52,167 nt of DNA from Gammaproteobacteria bacterium. Lineage in GTDB: Bacteria; Pseudomonadota; Gammaproteobacteria; Steroidobacterales; Steroidobacteraceae. The translations under genes and the position numbers were made by a program. Of the stretch, positions 17,959-26,061 are shown one piece after another. The stretch is taken from the NCBI GenBank assembly GCA_043742845.1, contig JAYTXS010000372.1, positions 1-52,167 of the forward strand, given 5' to 3'. Numbering within the stretch: the first letter of the stretch is position 1; each line of letters starts with the position of its first letter. The notes under the pieces are model-generated. The model was not told the origin of the DNA and did not search any database. It saw only the letters and a list, made by a program, of their open reading frames with translations.

Positions 17959-18960
17959 TTAGGAATTTGCGCACTCTTGGCTTTGTGAATATCCGTTGAG
18001 CTTGTTATACAGCGTCTTCAAACTACATCCCAGCGCATCCGCGGCGCGGCGCTTGTTGCCCTTGAAATAATCCAGCGTCGCTTCGATCAGCGAGCGCTCC
18101 ATATCGTGGATGCGGGAGCCCACGCGGATGTCCAGCCGCTCCCGATCGTTCGCAGCCTCGGCGCTGCGCGCAGCGCCTTGAATCAAAGGCGCAGGCTCGA
18201 GGACCGTGTCAGCAAGAATGTAGGCCTGGGCCACGCAATTCTTCAGTTCGCGCACATTGCCCGGCCAGTTATGCTGCCTCAAGATCATACGTGCCGGGGT
18301 CGAGAGGCGTTTGTGGGTTCCGCCTTGCGCGTTGAGTTCCGTCAGAAAATGCTCCGCCAACAACTCCACATCCTCGCCGCGGCTGCGCAACGGCGGCAAC
18401 GCCACCGGAAACGCCGCTAAACGGTACAACAGATCCTCGCGCAATTGGCCGCTCTGCACTGCCCGCAGAGGGCACCGGCTGGTCGCAGCAATCACGCGCA
18501 CATCGCAAACGAGTTCAGTGCTCGCGCCAACGCGGTAGAATTTTCGGGTCTCCAACACCCGCAACAGTCGCGTCTGCATGTCCGGCGGCATCTCGGTCAC
18601 TTCGTCCAGCAGCAGCGTGCCGCCTTGGGCACGTTCGAACATGCCGGCCTGGCGGCGCATTGCCCCGGCGACTCCCCTCTCATAACCGAATAACTCAGCT
18701 TCGATCAGAGCTGCCGGTATGGCGCCGCAGTTGATGGCTAGGAAAGGGCGCTCGCGACGTGCGCTGCATTCGTGAATGGATTTGGCCGCCAACTCTTTGC
18801 CGGAACCGCTTTCTCCGGTCAGCAGCACGTTGGCCTCGGTAGGCCCCACCCTCTCGATCAGCCGGAACACTTCCTGCATGGCCGTGGACGACCCCACCAA
18901 GGAGCCGAGCGAGCTTGCCGGCGCCGTGTGCGCGGGAAAACTGAAGCTGACGCTGTTCAT
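17959..18960 (-). CDS. Sigma-54-interaction-domain AAA+ transcriptional activator without input domain and with degenerate GAFTGA loop; Fis-type HTH
   Basis: GESGSGKE, GGTLLLDEV, RVIAATS, EDLLYRL, WPGNVRELKN and a C-terminal HTH (KRRAADALGCSLKTLYNKL) are present. The AAA+ core starts at about residue 20. The loop reads ELFGYERGVAGAM instead of ELFGHEKGAFTGA. Confidence 0.88.
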   Translation of the reverse strand: MNSVSFSFPAHTAPASSLGSLVGSSTAMQEVFRLIERVGPTEANVLLTGESGSGKELAAKSIHECSARRERPFLAINCGAIPAALIEAELFGYERGVAGAMRRQAGMFERAQGGTLLLDEVTEMPPDMQTRLLRVLETRKFYRVGASTELVCDVRVIAATSRCPLRAVQSGQLREDLLYRLAAFPVALPPLRSRGEDVELLAEHFLTELNAQGGTHKRLSTPARMILRQHNWPGNVRELKNCVAQAYILADTVLEPAPLIQGAARSAEAANDRERLDIRVGSRIHDMERSLIEATLDYFKGNKRRAADALGCSLKTLYNKLNGYSQSQECANS

Positions 18961-18983
18961 TACCCTCTCTCCTGCTCGCGCTC

Positions 18984-18998
18984 GTGTAATCGTTACAC
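18984..18998. promoter_or_regulatory. Palindrome GTGTAA-tcg-TTACAC in the leader/promoter region of the AAA+ activator gene (candidate operator)
   Basis: Exact 6-bp arms with a 3-nt spacer, 24-38 nt upstream of the ATG at 18960. No binding factor can be assigned from sequence. Confidence 0.3.
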
Positions 18999-19080
18999 TA
19001 ATACACCGCTAGATTTTTAACCTTTGCGCAGCGCACTGCCAGGGATAGCCACTGATCCTCGACTCAGACTTCGCGCGATT

Positions 19081-19392
19081 TCATGTAGGTGTTTGTCTGA
19101 CACTGCCGCAGTGCCAGCAGCTGGTGAACTGCGGCTCGAGCACCTCGCCGCACTGTGCGCAGGTCCAGGGCGCGCCCGTCGGCGGGGCAGCGGCACGCGC
19201 CAGGGCGCGCAGGGCAGCTTCTTCATCGTCGTCATCGACATACAGCTGCGGCCAGGTCTCCAGCATGGGCAAATCGCCCATGGCGCCTGCCAGGTACTGA
19301 TTCCGCAGTTCGCTGTGAATTCCGGCGGTTAACAGCAGATTGCGCGCATGCGCTACCTGTATCAGTGATGCGGCGCGAAACACCCTTTTCAC
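19081..19392 (-). CDS. DUF2007-family protein with C-terminal zinc-ribbon (CxxC..CxxC)
   Basis: GTG at 19392 overlaps the trpA TGA (GTGA). RVFRAASLIQVAHARNLLLTAGIHSELRNQYLAGAMGDLP matches the DUF2007 pattern. C-terminus is WTCAQCGEVLEPQFTSCWHCG. Start is inferred. Confidence 0.65.
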   Translation of the reverse strand: MKRVFRAASLIQVAHARNLLLTAGIHSELRNQYLAGAMGDLPMLETWPQLYVDDDDEEAALRALARAAAPPTGAPWTCAQCGEVLEPQFTSCWHCGSVRQTPT

Positions 19393-20198
19393 AGATCCCC
19401 GCGCAACGACCTCAAAAACGCCCGGACGTCTTCGCCCCGCTCCAAGACCTCGACCAGTGCCGAACCCACCACCACGCCGTCGGCGTGGCCCGCGAAGCGC
19501 GCCACTTGTTCGCGGGACCGAATCCCGAACCCCGCGCACACCGGCACGCTGGAGCAGCGCTTGACCCGATCCATGTACTGCAGCACATCACGCGGCAGCT
19601 CCGCCGACGGCCCCTTGGGAGTGCCTGTGGTGCCAGTCATGGTCACGGCATACACGAACCCCTTGGCCTCGCGGCACAGCAAGCTCAAGCGCTCTGCGGG
19701 GGTTACCGGCGTCACCATCTGCACCAGCGCCATCCCCTCACCGTCCAGCGCCCGCCTCAAATCGCCGCTCTCCTCGAAGGGCAGGTCGGGGACGATGAAC
19801 CCAGCGACGCCTGACTCGACCGCCGCGCGCGGCAGCTTATCCAATCCGAATTTGAGCAGCGGGTTCAAATAGCTCATTAAAAGCGTAGGTGCGGCATGTC
19901 TCGGCTTCACGGACTTGAGTTCGTCGAGTATCCACGGCAGCGTGACGCCATCGGCGAGCGCCACAAAACTCGCGCGCTGAATGGTGGTGCCGTCCGCCAT
20001 GGGATCCGTGAAGGGAACCCCGATCTCTACCACATCGCATTCGGCGGCAACCGCAGCCAGGTTTTCTTTGAAGCCCCGGCGCGTCGGAAAGCCGGCGGTC
20101 AGAAACCCCACCAACGCCGGCCGGCCTTTCGCGGACGCCGCTCGAATTGCCGCGCAGATGGCGTCGCGCGGCGCGAGCGCGGGCGCTTCCTGCATCAT
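19389..20198 (-). CDS. trpA: Tryptophan synthase alpha chain
   Basis: LVGFLTAGFP, VEIGVPFTDPMADG, YLNP and GFGI motifs. Starts directly after the trpB TAA. Confidence 0.95.
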   Translation of the reverse strand: MMQEAPALAPRDAICAAIRAASAKGRPALVGFLTAGFPTRRGFKENLAAVAAECDVVEIGVPFTDPMADGTTIQRASFVALADGVTLPWILDELKSVKPRHAAPTLLMSYLNPLLKFGLDKLPRAAVESGVAGFIVPDLPFEESGDLRRALDGEGMALVQMVTPVTPAERLSLLCREAKGFVYAVTMTGTTGTPKGPSAELPRDVLQYMDRVKRCSSVPVCAGFGIRSREQVARFAGHADGVVVGSALVEVLERGEDVRAFLRSLRGDL

Positions 20199-21413
20199 TT
20201 AAAGATCCTTCAGCAATGTTCGCTGCAGAATGGGCATATCCTTATCGCCGCGGCCGGAGCAGCCGATGAGAATTTTTGCGCCCGGATGTGCCTTGGCGTA
20301 GCGGCGCGCACCGTAGAACGCGTGCGCGCTCTCGATCGCCGTCAGTATGCCCTCGAACTTCGCGCACTCGGCCAGCGCATCCAAAGCCTCGTCGTCCAGC
20401 ACCGATTCGTAACTCACCCGCTTGGCCGTCATCAAGTAGGCGTGTTCAGGGCCGACCCCGGAATAATCCAGGCCCGCCGATACCGAATGCGTTTCCTGCA
20501 CCTGGCCATAGTCGTCCTGTAAAATCAGCGTATAGCTACCCTGCAAAACCCCCGGTGTCCCGAAGGTCAGCGAGGCCGCATTGTCTCCAAGACCCGCGCC
20601 GCGGCCGCCGGCTTCCACGCCGAGCAGTTTCACTTCAGCGTCGCCCACGAATGGATGAAACAAACCGATGGCGTTCGAGCCGCCGCCCACGCACGCCACT
20701 GCAATATCCGGCAAGCCGCCCGCCTGCTCCAGCATCTGAGCGCGCGCTTCACGGCCGATCACGGCCTGCAGTTCGCGCACCAAGTAGGGATAGGGGTGTG
20801 GTCCCACCGCCGATCCCAGACAGTAGTAGGTGCCGTCGGGATCGGATACCCAATCGCGCAAAGCCTCGTCGATGGCGGCGCGCAAAGTCGCATCGCCGCC
20901 GGTGACGGGCACCACCTTGGCGCCTAGCAGCTGCATGCGCCCCACATTGGGCGCTTGGCGCTCGACATCTACTGCACCCATGTACACCACGCAGGGCATC
21001 CCCAATCGCGCGGCCGCGGCCGCGCTGGCCACGCCATGCTGGCCCGCCCCGGTCTCCGCGATGATGCGCTTCGCTCCCAAGCGCTTCGCCAACAGTGTTT
21101 GGCCGACGGCGTTGTTGATCTTGTGCGCACCCGTATGCGCCAGATCTTCGCGCTTCAACCACACTTCGGCGCCCCAGCGTTTACTCAAGGTAGGCGCATA
21201 CGAAAGTGCGGTAGGCCGCCCCACCCAGGTCTTAAGCTCATGCATGAACTCGGACTGAAAATCAGCGCTGTGCAAGTACTTATCGACGCCCGCTTGCAGC
21301 CGATCCAGCGCCGGTACCAGAGTCTCGGGAACATAGCGTCCGCCGAACGCGCCGTAGCGGCCGCGGGCATCGGGGAAGACGGGAGCCGCCGCCGTCCGCA
21401 ACGGTGAATTCAC
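20199..21413 (-). CDS. trpB: Tryptophan synthase beta chain
   Basis: GRYGAFGGRYVPETL, LKREDLAHTGAHKINN (PLP lysine), GAGQHGVA and GGGSNAIG. The GTG start overlaps the trpF TGA (GTGA). Confidence 0.96.
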   Translation of the reverse strand: MNSPLRTAAAPVFPDARGRYGAFGGRYVPETLVPALDRLQAGVDKYLHSADFQSEFMHELKTWVGRPTALSYAPTLSKRWGAEVWLKREDLAHTGAHKINNAVGQTLLAKRLGAKRIIAETGAGQHGVASAAAAARLGMPCVVYMGAVDVERQAPNVGRMQLLGAKVVPVTGGDATLRAAIDEALRDWVSDPDGTYYCLGSAVGPHPYPYLVRELQAVIGREARAQMLEQAGGLPDIAVACVGGGSNAIGLFHPFVGDAEVKLLGVEAGGRGAGLGDNAASLTFGTPGVLQGSYTLILQDDYGQVQETHSVSAGLDYSGVGPEHAYLMTAKRVSYESVLDDEALDALAECAKFEGILTAIESAHAFYGARRYAKAHPGAKILIGCSGRGDKDMPILQRTLLKDL

Positions 21414-22012
21414 GAGTCGTTCTCCATCTGCGCCGCGGCAGCGCGCGCCGCCCGGACGAATTCGAGTATTTTCGCCGGGTCCTTGACCCCCGGCACTTCC
21501 TCGACGCCGCTGCTCACATCCACTCCGAAGGGGCGCACCGCTTGGATGGCCTCGGCCACGTTCTGTGGTGACAGGCCGCCGGCGAGAATCACCTCGGTCT
21601 GCCGTGCAAGCTCGGCCGCCCGCCCCCAGTCGGCGAGCTCGCCGATGCCGCTCGAGGGCCCTTCGAACAGCATGCGTCCCGGCAATGGGTGCGGGGTTTT
21701 ACGGCCGAAACGCACCACCGGCAGTACTTTGACGTGAGCCGGAATTTTCAATTCGCGCAAATCCTCGACGTCGGTTTGAAAATAATCCGGCTTGAGAATT
21801 CGGCAAATCTCGTCGACTTTCATTTGCAGCGGGTGCTGCGCCACGGCGATGCGCAGTATTCCGGGCGGCGCCAGCGCCGCCAGTTGCGCCGCCTGGTTAG
21901 GCGTCACCTGGCGCGGGCCGGGCGCAAACACGAAACCGATAGCATCGACATTGGCCTCAGCGGCGGCAGCGACGGCATCGGCACTGGTGATGCCGCAGAT
22001 CTTGATCCACAT
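21410..22012 (-). CDS. trpF: Phosphoribosylanthranilate isomerase
   Basis: MWIKICGITS N-terminus typical of TrpF, plus GFVF and ILAGGL. ATG 22012 chosen. GTG 22030 and the ORF-track start at 22090 (overlapping trpC) are less likely. Confidence 0.9.
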   Translation of the reverse strand: MWIKICGITSADAVAAAAEANVDAIGFVFAPGPRQVTPNQAAQLAALAPPGILRIAVAQHPLQMKVDEICRILKPDYFQTDVEDLRELKIPAHVKVLPVVRFGRKTPHPLPGRMLFEGPSSGIGELADWGRAAELARQTEVILAGGLSPQNVAEAIQAVRPFGVDVSSGVEEVPGVKDPAKILEFVRAARAAAAQMENDS

Positions 22013-22031
22013 GGCGACGAGTGTAGCCACT

Positions 22032-22877
22032 TTAAGGTTGCACTGTCCGCGTCGCCTGGAATATTTCGCCAAGCAGCTGCGATGGGTCATCGCCGGCCAT
22101 CAGCGCGGTACCGATCAAAGCCAAGCCATATCCCAGCCGTTGCATTGCGCGCGCATCGGCCGCCGATGCGACTCCGCTTTCAGCCACCGCCGGGCGGCCG
22201 GGCAACAGCAGCGGCGCCAATGCCGCGAACCGGTCCGGCACTACTTTAAGGGTCTGCAGGTCGCGGCAATTGATGCCGATCAACACCTGCCCCTCTTGAC
22301 CCGCCCGTGGCCCCCGTCCTGCGCAGGCCTTCAGCAATTCTCGCGCGGCTTGCAAGTCTTGCTCATCGAAGGCTTCCAGCAGCACGAACAAGCCAATCTC
22401 GGTTGCGGCATCGAGCAGTTCGATGACGCGGCTGCGCGACAGCATTCTTATGATCACCAGCACGCCGCCCGCACCGGCGGCGCGCGCTTCCAGCACTTGA
22501 TACGGATCGACCAAAAAATCCTTGCGCATGGCCGGGACGCTCAAGGGTCGCAGCACCGCCGCGGCCTGGCGCAAGTGCTCCAGCGAGCCGTCGAAGCGAG
22601 TGGGCTCGGTCAGCACCGACACGGCTGCCGCGCCAGCGCGCGCGTAACGAGCCACGCGCCCCAGCCAATCCTCACTCTCCTTGCCCAGCACGCCCGCGGC
22701 CGGGGACCTTAACTTCAGTTCCGCAATGACGTCGAAGCCTGCGGCTGACAGACGTAGCGGCGGACTCACAGGCGCGGCGCGCGCGCGGCGTTCCAGATCG
22801 GCAAAAGATTCATGCCGCAGCGCCTCGGCCACTCGCTGCGCACTGACGCGCGCCATGTCGTCCAAGAAGCCGCTCAT
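22032..22877 (-). CDS. trpC: Indole-3-glycerol-phosphate synthase
   Basis: IAELKLRSPAAG, VSVLTEPTRFDGS, RKDFLVDPYQV, IGINCRDL, AESG and LIGTALM are collinear with IGPS. ATG 22877 lies 13 nt after the trpD stop. The upstream part of the ORF overlaps trpD. Confidence 0.9.
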   Translation of the reverse strand: MSGFLDDMARVSAQRVAEALRHESFADLERRARAAPVSPPLRLSAAGFDVIAELKLRSPAAGVLGKESEDWLGRVARYARAGAAAVSVLTEPTRFDGSLEHLRQAAAVLRPLSVPAMRKDFLVDPYQVLEARAAGAGGVLVIIRMLSRSRVIELLDAATEIGLFVLLEAFDEQDLQAARELLKACAGRGPRAGQEGQVLIGINCRDLQTLKVVPDRFAALAPLLLPGRPAVAESGVASAADARAMQRLGYGLALIGTALMAGDDPSQLLGEIFQATRTVQP

Positions 22878-22890
22878 AGGTTCACCCACG

Positions 22891-23934
22891 TCATCTTGCC
22901 GCGAACTGGCGCAAGTTCTCCAGCCACTGCAGCGCGCGGCCGCTATCCACGGCGGAGCGCGCTTGCTCAATGCCCGCGTGAATCGTGGCCGCGCGGCCGG
23001 CGATGAACAACCCCAGCCCGCATTGCAGCGCCAAGGCGGCGTAGTGCGCGCCGCGATCGCGACCCTCGAACACTTCGAGCAGCGCCGCAAGATTCGCGGC
23101 GGCATCGCCGCCCGCCAAATCAGCGGGGCCGCAAGTCGGCAGCCCAAATTCGCGCGGGTCTACTTCATGGCGACGAATCGTATCCCGCGTCACATCGAAC
23201 GCCAGAAACGCGCCGATGGGCGTGGCTTCGTCCCATCCCGCCGCGCCATGCACCACCCAGGCGCGCTCGATATCCATCCCCGCCAAGGTTCCGGCCAGCA
23301 ACTGCGCAGTCGGCGCATCGTACGCGCCGATCAAGCGATAGCGCGGCGCCGCGGGATTGGTCAGCGGCCCCAGCAAATTGAACACGGTGCGAATGCCGAG
23401 TGCTGCGCGCATCGGCGCCACCGCCTTCATGGCTGGGTGAAAATACGGCGCGAATAAGAACGTGAATCCGGTCGCCTCGAAGCAGCGCGCCGCTTGCCGC
23501 TCATCCAGCGGTAGCGTGAATCCCAGCGCCTCGATCAAATCCGCACTGCCGCTGCGGCTGGAAATGGAACGATTGCCATGCTTGATCACGGGCAGTCCGC
23601 AGGCGGCTGCCAGCAGGGACGCTCCCGTGGATAGATTCAAGCTGCCGGAGGCATCGCCGCCGGTGCCGACGATATCGATGGCATCGAGCCCCGACGGCAG
23701 ATCGGGCTTGCGTGCCAGCGCGCGCATGGCGTCGGCGAAGCCACGCACTTCGGTGGCGGTGACGCCCTTCGTGCGCAGCGCCGCCAGCAACGCGCCCGCC
23801 ATCGCCGGCGCAAGTTCGGGCGCCGTCAGCACATGCAGCAGTGAGGCCGCTTCGTCTTCACTCAGGTCGCGGCCCTGCACCAAGTGATCCAGCACATGGC
23901 GCGAGCTTGTGGACAAAGGGCGGGAAGCGCTCAC
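22891..23934 (-). CDS. trpD: Anthranilate phosphoribosyltransferase
   Basis: IVGTGGDASGSLNLST, KHGNRSISSRSGSADL and FAPYFHPAMK motifs. GTG start lies 1 nt after the trpG stop. Confidence 0.95.
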   Translation of the reverse strand: MSASRPLSTSSRHVLDHLVQGRDLSEDEAASLLHVLTAPELAPAMAGALLAALRTKGVTATEVRGFADAMRALARKPDLPSGLDAIDIVGTGGDASGSLNLSTGASLLAAACGLPVIKHGNRSISSRSGSADLIEALGFTLPLDERQAARCFEATGFTFLFAPYFHPAMKAVAPMRAALGIRTVFNLLGPLTNPAAPRYRLIGAYDAPTAQLLAGTLAGMDIERAWVVHGAAGWDEATPIGAFLAFDVTRDTIRRHEVDPREFGLPTCGPADLAGGDAAANLAALLEVFEGRDRGAHYAALALQCGLGLFIAGRAATIHAGIEQARSAVDSGRALQWLENLRQFAAR

Positions 23935-23935
23935 G

Positions 23936-24508
23936 TCAAGCTTTCAGGAAATTGCACATCAGGATTGGACCATCCGGCGTGAGCACGCTCTCCGGGTGGA
24001 ATTGCACTCCTTCAATGGGGAGGCTTCGATGCCGCACCCCCATGATTTCGCCTTCCGCGGTGCGCGCCGTCACCTCCAGTTCGGGCGGCATGCTGTCCTC
24101 GGCCGCAATCAGCGAGTGATAACGGCCTGCCTCGAAGTTCGCCGGCATGCCGGCGTACAGCCCCTTGCCGTCATGCAGGACGGGCGACACCTTGCCGTGC
24201 ATCAGGCGCGCCGCGCGCACTACCCTGCCGCCGAAGACTTCCACCAGCGATTGGTGACCGAGGCAGACGCCGAAAATCGGTATACGTCCCGCGAACGCTT
24301 CTATCATCCGCATAGACACGCCCGCGTCCCGCGGAGTGCCCGGGCCTGGGGAAATGACCAGGTGCGAAGGCGCGAGCGCCCGCGCCTCATCGATGCCGAT
24401 GGCATCGTTGCGATGCACGTCCACTTCCGCCCCGAGCACCAAGAACGCCTGCACCAGGTTGTACGTAAAGGAATCGTAGTTATCAATCAGCAGTATTTTC
24501 GGCCGCAT
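23936..24508 (-). CDS. trpG: Anthranilate synthase component II (glutamine amidotransferase)
   Basis: ILLIDNYDSFTYNL, GVCLGHQ catalytic Cys and GVQFHPES. ATG directly follows the trpE TAG. Confidence 0.93.
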   Translation of the reverse strand: MRPKILLIDNYDSFTYNLVQAFLVLGAEVDVHRNDAIGIDEARALAPSHLVISPGPGTPRDAGVSMRMIEAFAGRIPIFGVCLGHQSLVEVFGGRVVRAARLMHGKVSPVLHDGKGLYAGMPANFEAGRYHSLIAAEDSMPPELEVTARTAEGEIMGVRHRSLPIEGVQFHPESVLTPDGPILMCNFLKA

Positions 24509-25894
24509 CTACAAACCCTCGGCCGCAAGCTCGAGCGCTCGCCGCAGCACCGCACTCTTTGCCATCAGCTCATCGTATTCGGCCTGCGGCACGCTGTCGG
24601 CGACGATCCCGCCTCCTGCCTGGTAACTATAAGTGTCGCCGCGAAACACCAGCGTGCGAATGGTGATGGCTTGATCCATGTCACCGCGGCGACCGAAGTA
24701 GCCCACGGTCCCGCCATACAGTTCACGGCCGACGGGTTCCAGCTCATCGATGATTTCCATGGCACGCACCTTCGGCGCGCCCACCAAGGTACCGGCGGGA
24801 AATGTCGCCGCAAATAAATCGAAGGCGTCCTTGCCCGGCGCCAAGCGGCCATTGACGCCGCTCACGATGTGCATGATGTGGCTGTAGCGTTCGATGACAC
24901 GATACGGATCAACCCGCACCGAGCCTGCGGTCGCCGCCCGTCCCAAGTCGTTGCGCGCCAGATCCACCAGCATCACGTGCTCCGCATTTTCCTTCGGGTC
25001 CGCCAGCAGTTCCGCTTCCAACGCGGCATCGCTCGCCGCGTCCGCGCCGCGTGGACGCGAGCCCGCGATCGGACGCAACTGAGCATACCCGTCATGACAT
25101 TTCACCAGCGCCTCGGGCGATGAGCCCACCACCGTGATGTCGCCAAGCTCGCAGAAATACATGTACGGAGAGGGATTGAGCAGCCGCAGCGCCCGGTACA
25201 CCTCGAAGGGGCTCAAGGCATGTGTGCCCACAAAGCGCGACGCCAGCACCAATTGATACACATCGCCGGAAGCGATGTACTCCTGCGCTCGCCGCACGCG
25301 CATGGCGTGCGCCTCCTGGCTGAGCGAGGGTGTCGCCGGCGAGAAACGTCCCGGCGCGAGCGCCGCCGGAACTGCGCCGCGCAACGCTCGCACCACTTCC
25401 CGACGCAGGCTCTGCCGTTCGGCTTCGCTGCCGTCATGCAGCAGCGCGACGCTGCGGGTCAGATGATCGAATACCAGCAAGGAACGTGGCGCCACATAGT
25501 GCGCGTGCGGCGTGGTGGTGTCGTCGAGGCTGCGTCCCGGCACGCGTTCGAAGTAGCGCACGGCATCGTAGGCGGTGTAGCCGACCAAGCCTCCAAGCAA
25601 GGGCACTCCCGGCACTTCCGGCAGCGGCCGCGGCGCCTGGGCGAGCGCGCCGCGCAAGGCATTCAAAAATTCATCCTTGGAACGCGGCCGGGCCGAATGC
25701 ACGCCGCCGATGTCAAGCCCCGCTGCGTCCAGTCGCACTTCCAGGCAATCGCCAAATCCGATGAAGGAGTAGCGCGCCAGCCGCTCGCCCCCTTCGACGC
25801 TCTCCAGCAAGAATCGCGGCCGAAACGGCGCCAGCTTCAAATACGCCGATACCGGCGTATCCAGATCGGCTGCTATGTCAAAAGGAGGCTTCAT
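24509..25894 (-). CDS. trpE: Anthranilate synthase component I
   Basis: DLDTPVSAYLKL, LLESVEGGE, PSPYMYF, GAPKVRAMEII.. and GGGIVADS motifs. ATG 25894 preferred. The in-frame TTG at 25909 is possible. Confidence 0.93.
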   Translation of the reverse strand: MKPPFDIAADLDTPVSAYLKLAPFRPRFLLESVEGGERLARYSFIGFGDCLEVRLDAAGLDIGGVHSARPRSKDEFLNALRGALAQAPRPLPEVPGVPLLGGLVGYTAYDAVRYFERVPGRSLDDTTTPHAHYVAPRSLLVFDHLTRSVALLHDGSEAERQSLRREVVRALRGAVPAALAPGRFSPATPSLSQEAHAMRVRRAQEYIASGDVYQLVLASRFVGTHALSPFEVYRALRLLNPSPYMYFCELGDITVVGSSPEALVKCHDGYAQLRPIAGSRPRGADAASDAALEAELLADPKENAEHVMLVDLARNDLGRAATAGSVRVDPYRVIERYSHIMHIVSGVNGRLAPGKDAFDLFAATFPAGTLVGAPKVRAMEIIDELEPVGRELYGGTVGYFGRRGDMDQAITIRTLVFRGDTYSYQAGGGIVADSVPQAEYDELMAKSAVLRRALELAAEGL

Positions 25895-25920
25895 TCGTAC
25901 AACCTGCAAATCTTGCGGAC

Positions 25921-25958
25921 AACAAAAAACCCATCACCGGCTTTTGCGGAGATGGGTT
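25921..25958 (-). terminator. trp attenuator: intrinsic terminator hairpin plus U-tract upstream of trpE
   Basis: Minus-strand RNA reads AACCCAUCuCCG-caaaagc-CGGuGAUGGGUU followed by UUUUUUGUU, about 26 nt before the trpE ATG. Its 5' arm can alternatively pair with 25991-26004. Confidence 0.75.
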
Positions 25959-26004
25959 CTGGATACCGAGGAATTAAACTAAGAGACTGACCAGCGCCCA
26001 CTCC

Positions 26005-26055
26005 TTACGAAGTGCACCACCACCAAGCCTTTCGAAACATGCGCGCGGTCGTCAT
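26005..26055 (-). CDS. trpL: trp operon leader peptide (MTTARMFRKAWWWCTS; may start at the second ATG, 26040)
   Basis: Short ORF with three consecutive TGG codons (26017-26025), between a sigma-70-like promoter and the attenuator hairpin. No obvious Shine-Dalgarno before either ATG. Confidence 0.7.
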   Translation of the reverse strand: MTTARMFRKAWWWCTS

Positions 26056-26061
26056 GCACGA

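Noticed and set aside
21792-25990. Long plus-strand ORFs (306, 258, 302 and 256 aa) antisense to trpC, trpD, trpG and trpE
   Set aside because: They overlap genes with unambiguous enzyme motifs. The translations are low-complexity (R/A/G/H-rich) with no recognisable domains.
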